Of a stretch of DNA of 64,000 nucleotides, positions 12,244-26,000 are shown piece after piece. The stretch is from the NCBI GenBank assembly GCA_002633005.1, contig NMRA01000011.1, positions 1,193,513-1,257,512 of the forward strand. Direction: 5' to 3'. The notes under the pieces are model-generated. The model was not told where the DNA came from and searched no databases. It saw only the letters and a list, made by a program, of their open reading frames with translations. The DNA is from Phoronis australis. Taxonomy: Eukaryota > Animalia > Phoronida. How positions within the stretch are numbered: position 1 is the stretch's first letter; each line of letters starts with the position of its first letter. The position numbers and the translations under genes were made by a program.

Positions 12244-15200
12244 GAACAAACGCGTGAATTTCCAACACATGAAATACGACATTTAAATAAGTAGTATTGA
12301 GTTCACGAACTAATCAATTATCTATGTTATGGCGTTTCGACAGAAAGTACAACGATTTCCTGAATAATTTGATAATAATGTCGTACTTCATCATTCGTGA
12401 ATTCTCGTCTCAGAACGAGACTTTTACGGATTTCTCAATTTCACCAGATATAGTGTAATCTGTCAAAACGAGCTCACCGAGATTAAGTAAAATAAAATCT
12501 CTGTCTTGATTTAACATCAAGTACAATTCCAATTAACATAGGGGCATACCAAAGTTACTAGCCCAATTTCCAAACTTATAATGTTGACTACCCACGACGA
12601 AGGGTGACTGTCTCTATCTATGAATACACTTGCCAGTGTTTACCAGGTCTTGAGAATATAGTCCTTGGTACTTGATAAAGTAAATCTAATGCAGGCAATA
12701 CACGTTCTTATCAGTAATGTAGTGCCCTATTAAACCAATCTTTGAAATACTCGCTGATAAAATGGTGGCCGCTGCGAGGTAACACTCTTCTATTGGAAAT
12801 AGAAATGTTCACAAGACATTTGTTGTTGTAGTGGATAAATGTTTTATCGACCAGCGTAACCCGCGTGCTGTTTACCTGCGCGTTTGGTGGAATTAAATCC
12901 CTGTAGCAGTTTTAGGCACTGCGTCACTGCACCCAGACACATCAAAATACTTGTCGACTGGGAAGACAATTGCAGTTCACAAATCTTCATATATATAATT
13001 AGCAAATAAAAATAAATTCTCGATAACATTAAAACAAAACGAGTTTTGTAAAGGGACATTAACCGTTTAACGGCCGAAAAACGCAATTTTGGGATTGTTA
13101 AATGGGATAAACTTCTCGAAGTCATTAGCTTTGTTCAGAGCTATAAAACAACTAAATCCGTTGATTGTGTGATTTTGTTACAAATCACCGTTTTCTGTCA
13201 GATATTTGTCGAAATCAAATCAGGCGTGCTATTTACCGCGTGGGTTTGGCTCAACGGCTGAGCATCCGGCTGCTACCGTGAGGTTAGTGGGCTAGTATCC
13301 GCACATCATTGCTATTTTATGTAAAATTTCTTATCTGGCCGAATGTCCTTTTCATTTGCCTTTTGATGCAAATACGAAAATTGACAAACGGGCATCTTGT
13401 AACTGGTGAGACATGTGTAAGCACTTGAAACAGCGTAAAGTTAGTGCATCTATAGGTCCGTTCACGCCAGTCTTTTTGCGTCATCTGGGCCCGGAGTTTA
13501 ATCTCTCGAAACTCGACTTGAAAATTGACCAATGACTGAACGCGCTTCGAGTAAACTTATACATTTGCCCTCGAATCATGTCGCATGATTGAAAGTTTAT
13601 CACAAGATGGTAAAAATGCGGCATTATTACTGTTGTCCACCCAGGTGAAAAAAATGCGTAAACTGAGGAAAAACTTTGCAAAAAGAATCGCATGAAAGGG
13701 TCTGACTTCCGAATAAACCAGATGAGAACGCCGACCGATAATTTCTTGTCTTGATGCCCATGGAATATAGGGTTAAACTAAAAAGCCAGGCATTCTAAAC
13801 CGTTCTCTGAATTTTTGGCTCTTCTATAAATGAACTTAAACATAACGGACGCCTGACGAAAACTGGAGTTATTTATCAAAGCAGCAGCAACTAAACAATG
13901 ATTGAAAGATGGTCGAAAATCCCATTTAGTTTTCTTAGATGGAAACGTGACCTGGAACAATACAACATGTTCTTGTCCCAAATAGGCGTATTCTCGCTAC
14001 ATTAGGCTTATTCTCTCGGTAGTTGTTCTTTTAACAGTTCTCAAATAGAAGAAAACGTTTAATTTCACCCGTTTCCTTAGGCTGACGACTTTATAATTTG
14101 ATTGTGTTAAAGCGCTCTAGCTAGCATGAGAAGGGGTCTCTTTAATAGTGTTCAAGAACTAACCAAAATTAATAACAACGCCTTTCGTATTTTTCCCACC
14201 GGGCGTTGCATTAAGCTACTTCCCCGTTTGAGTTACCTACAAAAAGAGTGAATTCAATTGAGCAATTTAATTGGCAAAGAACTAAAAGAAAAGACATGAT
14301 TTTCTGACAATTTATTAGAATTATAATCAATTCGAACTTCGACAGAAAATAAAACGCCGTTTTTCCCAACCAGCAACTAGGAAATGCATTTGAATATAGT
14401 CGTCAATTTTTAACAAATGAGATTCACTATACCATTAAGATCGAACAAATTTGGCGAATAGTCATCAAAACAGAGATTAAATAAAAAATGTATTTAATAC
14501 AAAATTATCACCGATATTTATTTCCATTGCTCAAAGTCTACTAACATTGTGCACAATAACTGATTGGTCACGACACAGGCACGTAGGTAAGATTCGTATT
14601 GACAAGGAACAATTCTTCAAGTTCACTTCACTTCAAACGGATTACAGTAATTGAGTTGTGAATGAGCAGCCCTAGTAGTTCAACGTGGCCACGCCGAACT
14701 TAAATATTTCCACGGTTACTGGAATTCAAATAATAGAAAGTTTACTGTGTCTTTTCCCGCTATTCAAAGAAGATCCCTGTCGAGAGCGAGTGCGAGTATA
14801 CAAGATTTCAGTGCGGTATTTGTTATTCTGTTGGAAGGTTTATTCTCAAGTAACTTTGTCTACGAGATAATTGGGGTAAAGAGAACAACAGGGGAAATCG
14901 ACCAAGACTTTGTATTGCCGGCAAACAGTTGCTCGTGTAGCCATTCGAACTGGATTATAGACACAAACCTGGCTGCCAATTTGCATATTGCATAAAGCTA
15001 GCAAAAGTGAAAAATGTAGTGTTAGTGATGCACACGACACACGTTTTGAAGATTGTTTTCATTAAAGCCTGACAAAAATGTAATTCATTTGCAAAAATAT
15101 AAAACAGTACTATCCCAATATTACGCCCAGGCTAACTCATGGCCGCAAGTCTCGTTTATGACTTGTTCAAACGCCAGAACACAAGCTTTAATATTTCGGC

Positions 15201-15640
15201 TGGACCAGTGAGGAACCCCTTCACCGTATCAGCAAGTTCATGCTAAAGGGCGCGCAGCGGGTTCTAATGCGGATTATTTATCGTGTATTAGGGTATCATA
15301 GCGTCTTTAACGGAATGTTTCATTCAAGTAATTGCTCATAACAGCCAAGGTGAAAAAAGGCGGAGACTTGACAGCTGTCAGGTGTGCGTCAACTTTAGAC
15401 CGGGCGACTTGTTGAGGCGGACAGGGAGATTTTGTGTTGACGACATGTTATGACTTATGGAAATCCTGCTGCAAAGCCCACCCATAAACTGCACCGTAAC
15501 TCATTCTCAAGTTCCCCCAAAACAACTATAACCAAATTCAAATAACGATCAAGGCAAACACAGAGATGACCACAAAAGAATAATGCCACCCTTATTCGAT
15601 AATCGAGCCATCCATTATACGTCACACTAGAGGTGTGAAG

Positions 15641-15775
15641 CTCCGCCTCCTTTTCACAGCAGCTACTGTAATTACGAAATGGACGTCTCCAAACTCAGTT
15701 GACTTGAAACAGTTCCACGTGAAAAAACAGTGAAGTCATTATAAACCTACTCGTGTCGACATCGAAGCGCATTCA
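15641..15775 (+). promoter_or_regulatory. Probable netrin core promoter (GC box, E-box, TATA, Inr)
   Basis: CTCCGCCTCC at 15641, CACGTG at 15716, TATAAA at 15740 and Inr-like GCATTC with A at 15771 (31 nt after the first T of TATA). No ATG between 15771 and the start codon at 15995. Confidence 0.6.
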
Positions 15776-15994
15776 AATATTTGCGAACCGGCGAATCAGG
15801 ACTGTATAGCTGGGCTATTTCTGATTGAAATTTATCAAGTTTATTGAGAAAATTCGAAGTGTTCGTGAGGTATCTATCTTCATACTATCTTATCATATAC
15901 AGATCCGGTGGAGATAGAGCACTCGCTCACATAGCTTTCGGGTGCTTTGGCGAACTTGGAGTTTTGCTTACGATTTTGTTACCAGACGACAAAG

Positions 15995-17033
15995 ATGAAG
16001 CAAAGGCGACCGTCGGACATATTGTATGTTTTTGGAATACTTTTCGTGGTGCGCGTTCAGGCCAGTAGGCCCTTCTTAGGGATGTTTGGCCCTCAACAAG
16101 ACCCTCCAGACCCGTGTTATGACGAGGACGGGGCCCCTAAGAGATGTATGCCTGACTTTGTCAACGCTGCCTTTAACAAGGACATCGTAGCCAGTAGCAC
16201 GTGCGGTACACCACCGTCTCGTTACTGCATGACAACCATCGACCAAAAACTGGGAGAAACGTCCCGGATATGCAACATCTGTGATGCCAACCATCCCAAG
16301 AGAATGCACCCTCCGGCGTACCTCACTGATTTAAATAACCTAAATAACGTCACGTGCTGGATGTCAGAACCGTTCCAGAATCACCCTAAAAATGTCACGC
16401 TCACGCTGGCTCTGGATAAGAAGTATGAACTAACTTACATATCTCTACAATTCTGCTCCTCTCGCCCGGACTCCATGGCGATTTACAAAAGCATGGATTT
16501 CGGGAAAACGTGGGTCCCATTCCAGTACTATTCGGGATCTTGCCGCAAAATGTACGACAAAGTTTCGCGAGGGACGGTCACTAAAGCAAACGAACAGGAA
16601 GCGATATGTACAGACGCCTACAGCACTTCAAAAATCACCGGCGATAGAATCGCTTTTTCCACCCTTGAGGGCCGACCTTCGGGTTATGATTTTGATAACA
16701 GCCCCGTTCTGCAAGACTGGGTGACCGCCACCAACATCAAAATAGTTTTCAATCGACTTAGCACTCTGAAATCCGAAGCCGAAAGCATTGAGAACAATCA
16801 AGCAGAGGTAGACCTTGGCAAATCAGAAAATTTCTATTCTCTGTCCGACTTTGCAGTTGGTGGTCGATGCAAATGCAACGGACACGCGTCCTCGTGCAGT
16901 AAGAACCGAGACGGTCAGACGGTGTGTGATTGTAAGCACAACACGGCTGGAGTGGACTGCGACCGCTGTAAACCTTTCCACGTTGATCGCCCCTGGGCCA
17001 GGGCAACAGCGAGAGAAGCAAACGAGTGCGTCG
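15995..17033 (+). CDS. NTN1: Netrin coding exon 1: signal peptide, laminin VI domain and LE1 (V-1)
   Basis: [23 protein letters not shown] signal-like N-terminus, then [62 protein letters not shown]...[15 protein letters not shown]. Donor G|GTAGGT at 17033/17034. Confidence 0.96.
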
Positions 17034-20000
17034 GTAGGTTTATCTTTTTCTGTCTCATTAGATTAATTAATTCTTTATAATTACTTCTCCCCCTCGCAAC
17101 GGCAGGTTGGCTGCTGGCACGCATTCTCTTGGCGCAGTCGACTCAAGTCGAAACAGTATACATATAAACACAGTCCATATGTTTTCAGCGCACATGTGTC
17201 ACGGGACTATGTTGCGTGTATTTCTGAAGTTTGGTGTCGCAGCCAGCGAACTTGATGCCCTTATTACATTCCTGTGTTTGCATTTGTGAGTGGAGAAAAT
17301 TAACTGTTAGTAGTTTTAGTGCCCACAGCATCTGTCGCTCGCATGTAAGCGTGCGTTCGCCATCTTAATAGTTTTATTTTTTGGCACGTTCAAGTTGCAC
17401 AAGTCATTTTGTGGAGTTCCCTTGCACCAGCTTTTAGAATAATCCATTGTCACCTCACAGGACAAATGTTGATTCACATTTCAATTGACATCAATATATT
17501 ATCAAGGGCATTAGGTTGAACTGTTGAATAAAATATAAAATTGAACAAAGTCTGGTATAGAAGGAAATACATCGATTACATAAATCACTTTTTCTGCGAG
17601 TTCGTTATTTTCCTTCAGTCCAGTTCCACCTAGCTCAGTACGAAATTAAAATTTCCGTAACAGTGTGCCAATTCGTTTCGTCTGAAGAGGGAATATCGAA
17701 ATAGTAATGATCGAGACGGATCAGTACTTAATTGACTTCACATCAAAATTCTGGTTCACGCCGCGTTTCTAATACGACACACATGTTCGACTACCCAATA
17801 CAAACACGCATCACGGTTTAGCAACAGTGGATGAACGTCATAAGAAAACTGCACCATTCTCAACTAGATTTCTCACAATCAATTTTATGAAAAACGCAAA
17901 TGAGAAAGCCTATCGCGCCTAAGAGGTGACAATAAAGTGATTCGTCTACTGACCGATAAGGAGATAAAGCTGACAGTTTAGTTACGAGCTGAAAATCGCA
18001 AACCTTTAGGAATCTGCAGACGCCGGGAGAATGCGTGAATAAAAAATAATACATTTTGCACACATTAAGTAAACCATGAGAGACGAAACAATATCACTAA
18101 AATGTAAATAGGAAAATAGTCCACAATTAAATTTACCATTTTTCCAACAACGCTTTCATTAGCCTCATGAACTTTGTAAAAATGCAAAATAAGAATTTCG
18201 AGACAACTTCAATTCCACAAACTTCCTGTAAAAAGTTATACAGCATGTTCATTCCGCAGCAGATAAGCAGAGGTGTCAGCTCGGCTCATTTCAAACATTA
18301 AAATGTTTATACTACTAACGTAAGATGATCCACAAAAATGGGTCACACGCAACAAGACGTCAACAGTGTTACAAAAAGTGGCCCCCATTTAAATGATTTA
18401 TCAATATTTTGTACAATTGTGATACATAAGGAAATCCCTCCGTGTTTCTTTCTTGCGGCATAACACACGTACACAGTTGATCGTGTCATTGTTTTCTTTC
18501 TAGAATAAATGCATTAATTTTTTGTATGCCGAGCAACAACGTCCTAAACGGTTCGTGTTTATCTTTTGGGGTTTTGAGCTATTTCACGCATGCTTTCCTT
18601 CGTAAGGTGCTAAAACTCAATAAAAATGATGTGTATATTCTAACGGGCAATTAAGCAATTAAGATTAAGGAGATAGAGACGATGGTATTGCACGCGGCTA
18701 TGGCCTTCGGGTATGACCCGGCGGTTCGCATTAGGCGGAGTTCATGCAGCAATAAAACATAACGAGGGAACTGTTCCGCTGTAATTATTTGTAATCGAGA
18801 TGTGAAATTTGTGCTGGCAGTGCAATATTAGTTCTATTTGCAGCAAATCAATGTAGCAAACTCAATTTGGTTGTGTTGGCCAGTCACTGAGACGATTTCA
18901 AGTTTGCACACGGGGCATGGTATACGAGGTTTACAAAAGAAGACGGGCCACTGTACATGTTAGTGGTCGAGGATCAAACATAAACAGTGCACTTCATTCG
19001 GAATAAATGTGTTTGTAAATTAGGAGGACAGCGATCTTTTAGGAAGCAATGCGGCTGTAAATGTTTAAACTATTGAACAAATTCCTGTCCGTGTTTATTT
19101 TCACATCTGGGTCCAAAGAGAAGTAACTGAGCGCATACAACGAAACGAACCAAACGTTCACACCAAATTAAGCAAGGAATTGTTAGAAATTTAGGAAACG
19201 AAATTTGTCGAAGTTGTGATTTTAAATGGCACTTATTTATCTCTGGTAGTACTTCAACGCACATCTATTTTTATCGCAACGATAGATTATTTTAGCCAAG
19301 AAAAACTAAGTTCTGAAAAACAGTCCGACTGAATGAGTTGGGTCTGCATGTACACAGGCCGTCTATTCAGCGAGAAGGGATGGATTATTCTTCTCATTTG
19401 AAAGCAGAATGGGTAAATATAATCATTGTCAGCCTATTGCCAGAATAAATAGTATACATTTATTAGAACAAGACCAAAACATGTGTGGCTTCATTGTGGA
19501 CTGTGTTAAAGGTGACACATCGTTTTCATGAGCAAGCACGAGTCGACAGCGTGCGCCCGTATGAGGACAGTCTTGAAAAACACAAAAATGCAGTAGGTTG
19601 CACAAGTCACAAAATTCCCACATCATTCTGTCTCGGGTGTCCGTGTTGGATAAATAAGAAACGTGTTTTGGCTCGGCAAGACAATAATATAACTACCAGG
19701 CTAATTGGTATGTAACAAACCTCATCGGTAAGAAACTCACACGCGAACTCGGAACTCGAATTTTTTGACGGAAAACACGCCACGACCTTGGGACAAAAAC
19801 AACCTCATGACCCGTCACTCGGTATGACGCCGCGGATCTAACTGTAGTTTTTAGTATCTTCTAGTTTATTTACAAAATATTTAGTCTCCTTCAAGCCTGT
19901 GTTCTCAGACTAGGACCTGTATTCAGAAGGCGGGCCAGTTTTAGAAACTCTACTTCGCATTTCGCTTTTCTTAAACTCCCACGTTGCTCTAATGATTTGC

Positions 20001-23000
20001 ACATATTTTCGGTCTAAGTCTATCCGCGATCAATATCAAAACAATACTAATGTGAAATGCGGGCCTCAAACTTTTAAGTATTGTCTGGCTTCTTCTTTTC
20101 GCAGTACGACAAAATGTTTTAAGCTAAGTATAGAAATTGCGTGTCTTCTTTGCGGAGACAAATTAATCAAAATTGACAAGAAGTTTATTAGCTGTCCACA
20201 TCGCTTCGCTTGTTTTGACTAAAACCATCAATTGCAAATTACGAAGGTATTACAAGGCCACGTGATCAATATTTTAATTAAGCTGATGTACTTTGACTGT
20301 GATAGTAACGTCTATGGCAATGAATGCGAGTATTGCGAGACCCAGACTACAATTCGTTTGGTGAGGGGGTTGGCGGGGTTAAGGTAGCTAGGTCATATAC
20401 ATGTCGACAAACACTGCAAGGTGAACGTATACCTTGGGATATAGTATCTTTGTTGTGGATATCCCTGACAAGATCTTGCATCCGCCCATGTCATGTGACC
20501 CTTCTCTGTCATGACTCCGTGACTTAATTTGGTTTTCTCGAGGATGAACGAAAGCGACTCGTTTTTAAGACCACTGAAAACTATATGACTCAAAAGTGAG
20601 AAAGCTCTGTGGCGTTTTGCTCAAATTTCCGTTGAAATGTACTTGTTTCGCTGGCTTACCAATTTCAAATGTATGAAACGTATTACAATCGGAGTTTAAG
20701 ACGAATGAACATGTTGCGACAATCGCATTCGCTTGGCCACTGTGCAGAACACCTGTGTCAAGGATTGTCAGGTCCACTCTTACTCTCTCGGTGCATTTCT
20801 TTCACGACAGCTTTCCGGTATGCCGGAGAAGGGTTTTGATAAACTAAATAAAATATGTAGATTAGCCGCGAATCCTTCTTTAAATAATTTGATATCATTG
20901 TTCGACTGTTGATTTAAGACCGTGAAAGGGTGGATGGCCGGTTATGGTAAACTCAACACAAGAGACGGTTCCCATTTCAATAAGCCCGGGGCGTTGAATA
21001 AACGTTTGACAAGTTTATACATATCTAAACTATTATTATTTTGATAAGAATGTTATACATAACACATTACGTGCATTAAATCCACTAAACACAGTCTGGT
21101 CGTGTTATTACACGGTTTATTACGTATATTACCCAACTAATATTTCCACGTGCTACCAGTCAAAACTCATAATTAACGGATGACCAGATACGCTTGTTAC
21201 CTATATATGCGCGGACAGTTTTCCATATCATTTTTACATGTAATCGTGTTCAAATATGTTCAGACCATGTATCCCATTGAGGAAAGACCAGAGGCATATG
21301 TTTCTACGTCCGCCGTTCCATTCTCAAATATCTATTAAGACCCGTCACTCAAAACACCTATTGTTTAGAGAAGCACTTAGATCTCGGAATGTTGATCTGA
21401 AAATATTCGTCTCGAACACGTTTTGTGCTAGTTTATTTTCATTATTGCCCATTTGCGCCAGTTTTCCAACATCTTAGTACACCATAATAAGACTCATTCA
21501 TTTTTTGTTGACTCGTGACCAATAGGACATTTCTCTCGTATTGAATCGTAGATTTCTAAGGGCAAAACGGGAAAAATGGTCCGAAAGTAAACAGTCTTTG
21601 ATGTGTTACCCGCGAATGTAAATTACAAGGGTAACAATACTAACACGCACGCAAGGATAATAGATCGTTTGACCAACTTCAGAATCCAGTCATCATTCAC
21701 ACCGTATCGTGTACGTTGCATAAACACGGAGGTGTAAAATTTATTCAAATTCAATGGCAAGGCACCCACAGTAATTAGACTTTAATTGTTACCTCGAATG
21801 TGAGTGTATTTTCTAGGAAAATACAAGTGTTAACCGCGGTTATTATGTCACCATGGCGTATCGTTTTTCGCGCCCGATTTCTACGGAGGTCCACTTCCGG
21901 TCACACAGCAGCGAGTTTTTACTACATGAGCAGCAGCAACAACAACAACAACAGTAAAAGTAATATAATTATAATGATCATCGTAGGATAATAGTAATAA
22001 CAATAATCATAATACAAATAATAATCATAGCAATGGTACAGATTGTACATCGGATGGATCAGATGATTATATACACTAACAGTTGAGCAGGGAAACGTTA
22101 TGTCCTAAATAGACAAAAAAATAAAAACCGTCTAAATTAGACTTTTATTGAAATGCACCTAAAAGGATATGCTCAATAGCGTCATGGCTATAAAGCATTG
22201 TCGGTATTATGTAAAGACATACCCAAAAAGTTATCAATTAGTCGGTGTTTTTGCAAAGGACAACACAGGTTCATAGGTTCGTGGAAATGCAATAATTGTG
22301 GTTGACCTATTTTAAAAGAGCGATGACAAAGTAACGACACTTTAACTTCAAAAAGACACGCACTGACAGCCAATGTACAGTAGGCTTTGTCGAAATGTTT
22401 TCAATACCTATAGCGTTTATTTCATCGCCAGATTGAAACGATTTTCGTGTATGAATTGAAAATGACGGTGTAGGAGGCTGAAGAAGCATTTATCGAAAGA
22501 AACGACGGATGCGTTCACAGAATAATGCCGACCTTTTATCATGACGTGTTTCTAAACTACGCTAGGGTTACATCACCGCGATATTTCGGTGCATTACTCC
22601 CCTACTGATATCGTTGAGAAACGCTGGATTTTAATCCGCTTTGTAACACCTCGCCTAGTACTTTTCAGTACATCAAAACAATCCTGAAATTGTACCAAGA
22701 GAGCCGCTCACGCTCAACGACTGGGTTACTCCCCTGTATTGTCATGACCGACTCATTCAGTAGCATGGTATCACGTCGTGAAATTCGCTACCGGAACAAC
22801 GCTGTTTATTTTACCACATTGGTGTTTTGAAGGGTAAACAAACAAACGAAATCTATTATTTACTCATATTTGCATCCTCCGACAATATGTCAGTGCCTTT
22901 AGCGATGTCAAATATGATGATTCATACGTTTTGAGATCACATTGAAGTACCTAACAGACCCTTTTTATGGCTTTCAAAGAGAGCTTAGAAATTCACTTTC

Positions 23001-26000
23001 ACATGTTTCCCCACTAGTCCATATCTCCATGAATGTGTTGCGAGGAGAAGATATGGTTTCACATTCGTTCGCTGTGTGTAAGCTAGTGTCAAATTTCTTA
23101 ATACAATTAGGTCTTGAATAGCAGAGCTTCACCTGTGAAAAGGATATTAATTTGAACAAGAATCGTCTGATGCTAAATGCGTAAATGTAAAACGGATCTC
23201 CTGTAGTAGTAGAGTTGTCTATAATATGTGGTGTAAGATATATAGCAGCTAAACAGAAACTCGGAATATCTGAAAGCGATGTTCAATGTAATAATAAAAT
23301 TAAACATTTTCGCGACAAAAATCATCTGTTTCAACTTCTGTGCGTTGAAAACATTCTTCTTGGTGTACTGTTGATTAATAACTAGTAGTCCATTTCCACC
23401 TGCGAGGAACAAGTGCTCATGAACGGTAAATGATCCACGGGAGCACCTTGAATTATTTACCTAAGACCCCTGAATGAGAACAATTGAGAATTAGTCGAGT
23501 TTAATGAAGCGTGAAATTACCTAAACACACCTGCAAACCGCACCACAGAGAAATCACGGCAATTAACGCTGTTTGTTGCGCCCGTCCGACTTGGGTACAC
23601 ACGGCCATAAAAACTAGCAGGTATGAACCGGAAAATGGTCAATAGCCATCACGCTGAGTTCCCTTCTGTAGTACTTCTGAATGTAAATGTTTGTGGTTTG
23701 TGCTAGGTAAACGACTGTATTGCACACCAAGATAAATAAAAGTATTCTATCATTTGTTATCATCTAGAAATCCAAAAAGAACACCTGTTTTGATTGTTCG
23801 TTAACATTTCTACATCTTTGAAATTAACTTATAGGTTGACAAGTTAGTAATATTGCCCCAGTATCAATTTCACGACTGCGATACCACTTCAAAGCCAACT
23901 CCGAGTCACAGTTAATTTTATACGGTTTGCTCGTCTGACAACGGAGAACGTCGAACGCATACCGACCGAATTTAGGCTGAGATCAACATTACATGCACAG
24001 TAATTTCTTGAACAAATGCAATGAAGACTTCCTGGGGTGGCTTATCGAAGGACTGTATCCTCCATTTTGTTAAAAACTGCATTTACAATCAAGTGGAGTT
24101 ATCAGGTCATAAATAAGAAAATCGCAACACTAAACAGTTGGCAATTGACAGGTGAAGACACGCTTGTTTTATGAGAGTAGTTACGCAACTCACCGGGCAC
24201 ACTGATTTATCTATTCGTTAGAGATTGTTTTTTACAAATTCTAATTCCACTGTATGTACTTTGGGCTGTAGACATGCCACGTTTGTCACGTTTTGAACGA
24301 TACGGGAATAAAGCACCGAGAAAGAAGTAGCAAGGATCTACTTCCTTTAATTAAATAAACAGTTATTAGACCGCGAGGCAGCGATAACATTTCCTATCAC
24401 AGGGTTTCCCCGGCTTAATACACAACGGGGCAGCCGGGGCAATTAGTTTTCCTGAAAGTGACAGAGAAATGAAATTTCAGTCACTCGTTCAACATGTTAG
24501 AAATCTGTTCCGAGGTGGTGAAAACCACTTGGGATGCTAATAGTTCTATTATTTATCTAAAAGCTTGACCTGTTCTTGTGATATAACGAGGTCGATACGC
24601 TTAAGAAAGTCATTGTTTCTCAATTGCCCTTGAATGATGAACAATGAGTGGGGTGCAGAAATCTAATCGACATTATAATACCCAATAACGGAGAGTTTTA
24701 TGGAGAGCTGACGTTATTTATTTTTGTTCCCGCTGTGCACTTAGTCATTACAAGTGGTAGCAATTGCTATCGAAACATTGTTCGAATTTTTTTGTTCGCA
24801 GATATCACTTTCATCAACACATTGTGACACTTGAATGGGCCTAATCACACGGCATTCTACCTGGTCACGGATTATCATGCAGTAATTCCCCGAAGTGTCT
24901 AATTAGGTCTATCAATTTCTCAGATTTGTTTGAGGTATTCGTGTCAATTACCAGAGACGGCCCAACGAAATCAACAATATTTACTTCACCGCTGCGGCCA
25001 GTCATTTCGACAGACATGGCCCAAAAACAGGAGGTGCATATACAAGTAACATTTCAATATGGTTCTGAAGGCTATTGTTCAAATGTCGACGTGACTCGCC
25101 ATATATCTTTCAATAAGCAGCCACAGAAAGATTGTTTACAATAACAGCAATTGTAGCGTAAACAACAAGGCATGAACTCGTACACGTGAGAACTAGAATA
25201 CTCGAAATCGGTTACAAAAAAAGAAAACTAATAATTCTGATTAACACACTTCGTGCAAAATGAAAGCAAAGTGATTGTAAAGCCTCACCACAGAATGCAC
25301 AGCAGAAGTCAAGCGATCATGAATGTACAGTCTACACAAACGACCTGCTAAGGCCAGTTTTCAGGAAGAGAGATTGTCATGTGAATCAACATCCTGTCCC
25401 TAATATCCTCTACTACTTACTATCCCTTAGCGAAACACTTTGATAGCATGTTTTTAAATTCTCTTTTTTTGCAAAAGCAACAACCATGACAACCATTGGT
25501 ATCCCACGTTGGCAGCTTCTGCGCGCGGATCCAGGATCATGAACGAAGAGGTCTGACAATGGGCAGACCACTTTTGACTCTTTATATCCCTCCACTGTAG
25601 CAATTCAACATTGCACATGCAATGAGTTCAATCCTGGATCCGAACCCGACTCCATAGACAGCGAAAATAGCTACTCCCGTTTCACACGTCTGACATAGTT
25701 GTTGCTTTTGAAAACTTGAATCTATTGCTAGGCATGACGTATTTCAATTTCCTTGTTGTAGTTCCATCGTAAATGTGAATGTATGGTGCCCAATTGTCTT
25801 GTAATCCCGATGTCTTTTTCGAAATGAGTCATCGCATTCGTGGAAGCTAAAAAGTCAGAAACACGTTTCTTCCAACTTTACTGTGCGCATTTTACTCATC
25901 CATTGACAATTGGAAATTTCCTGGGTTGCCAAGACTTTGACCACGAACGCGATGCAGTTCTCCAGGTTCGACAACTACTACCACCACTCTGTATGTGTCC

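Noticed and set aside
15947-15994. ORF-track start of the 377-aa ORF, and its tail after 17033
   Set aside because: 15947 is a TTG; the first ATG with a signal peptide is 15995. Residues after ..NECV are intron read-through.
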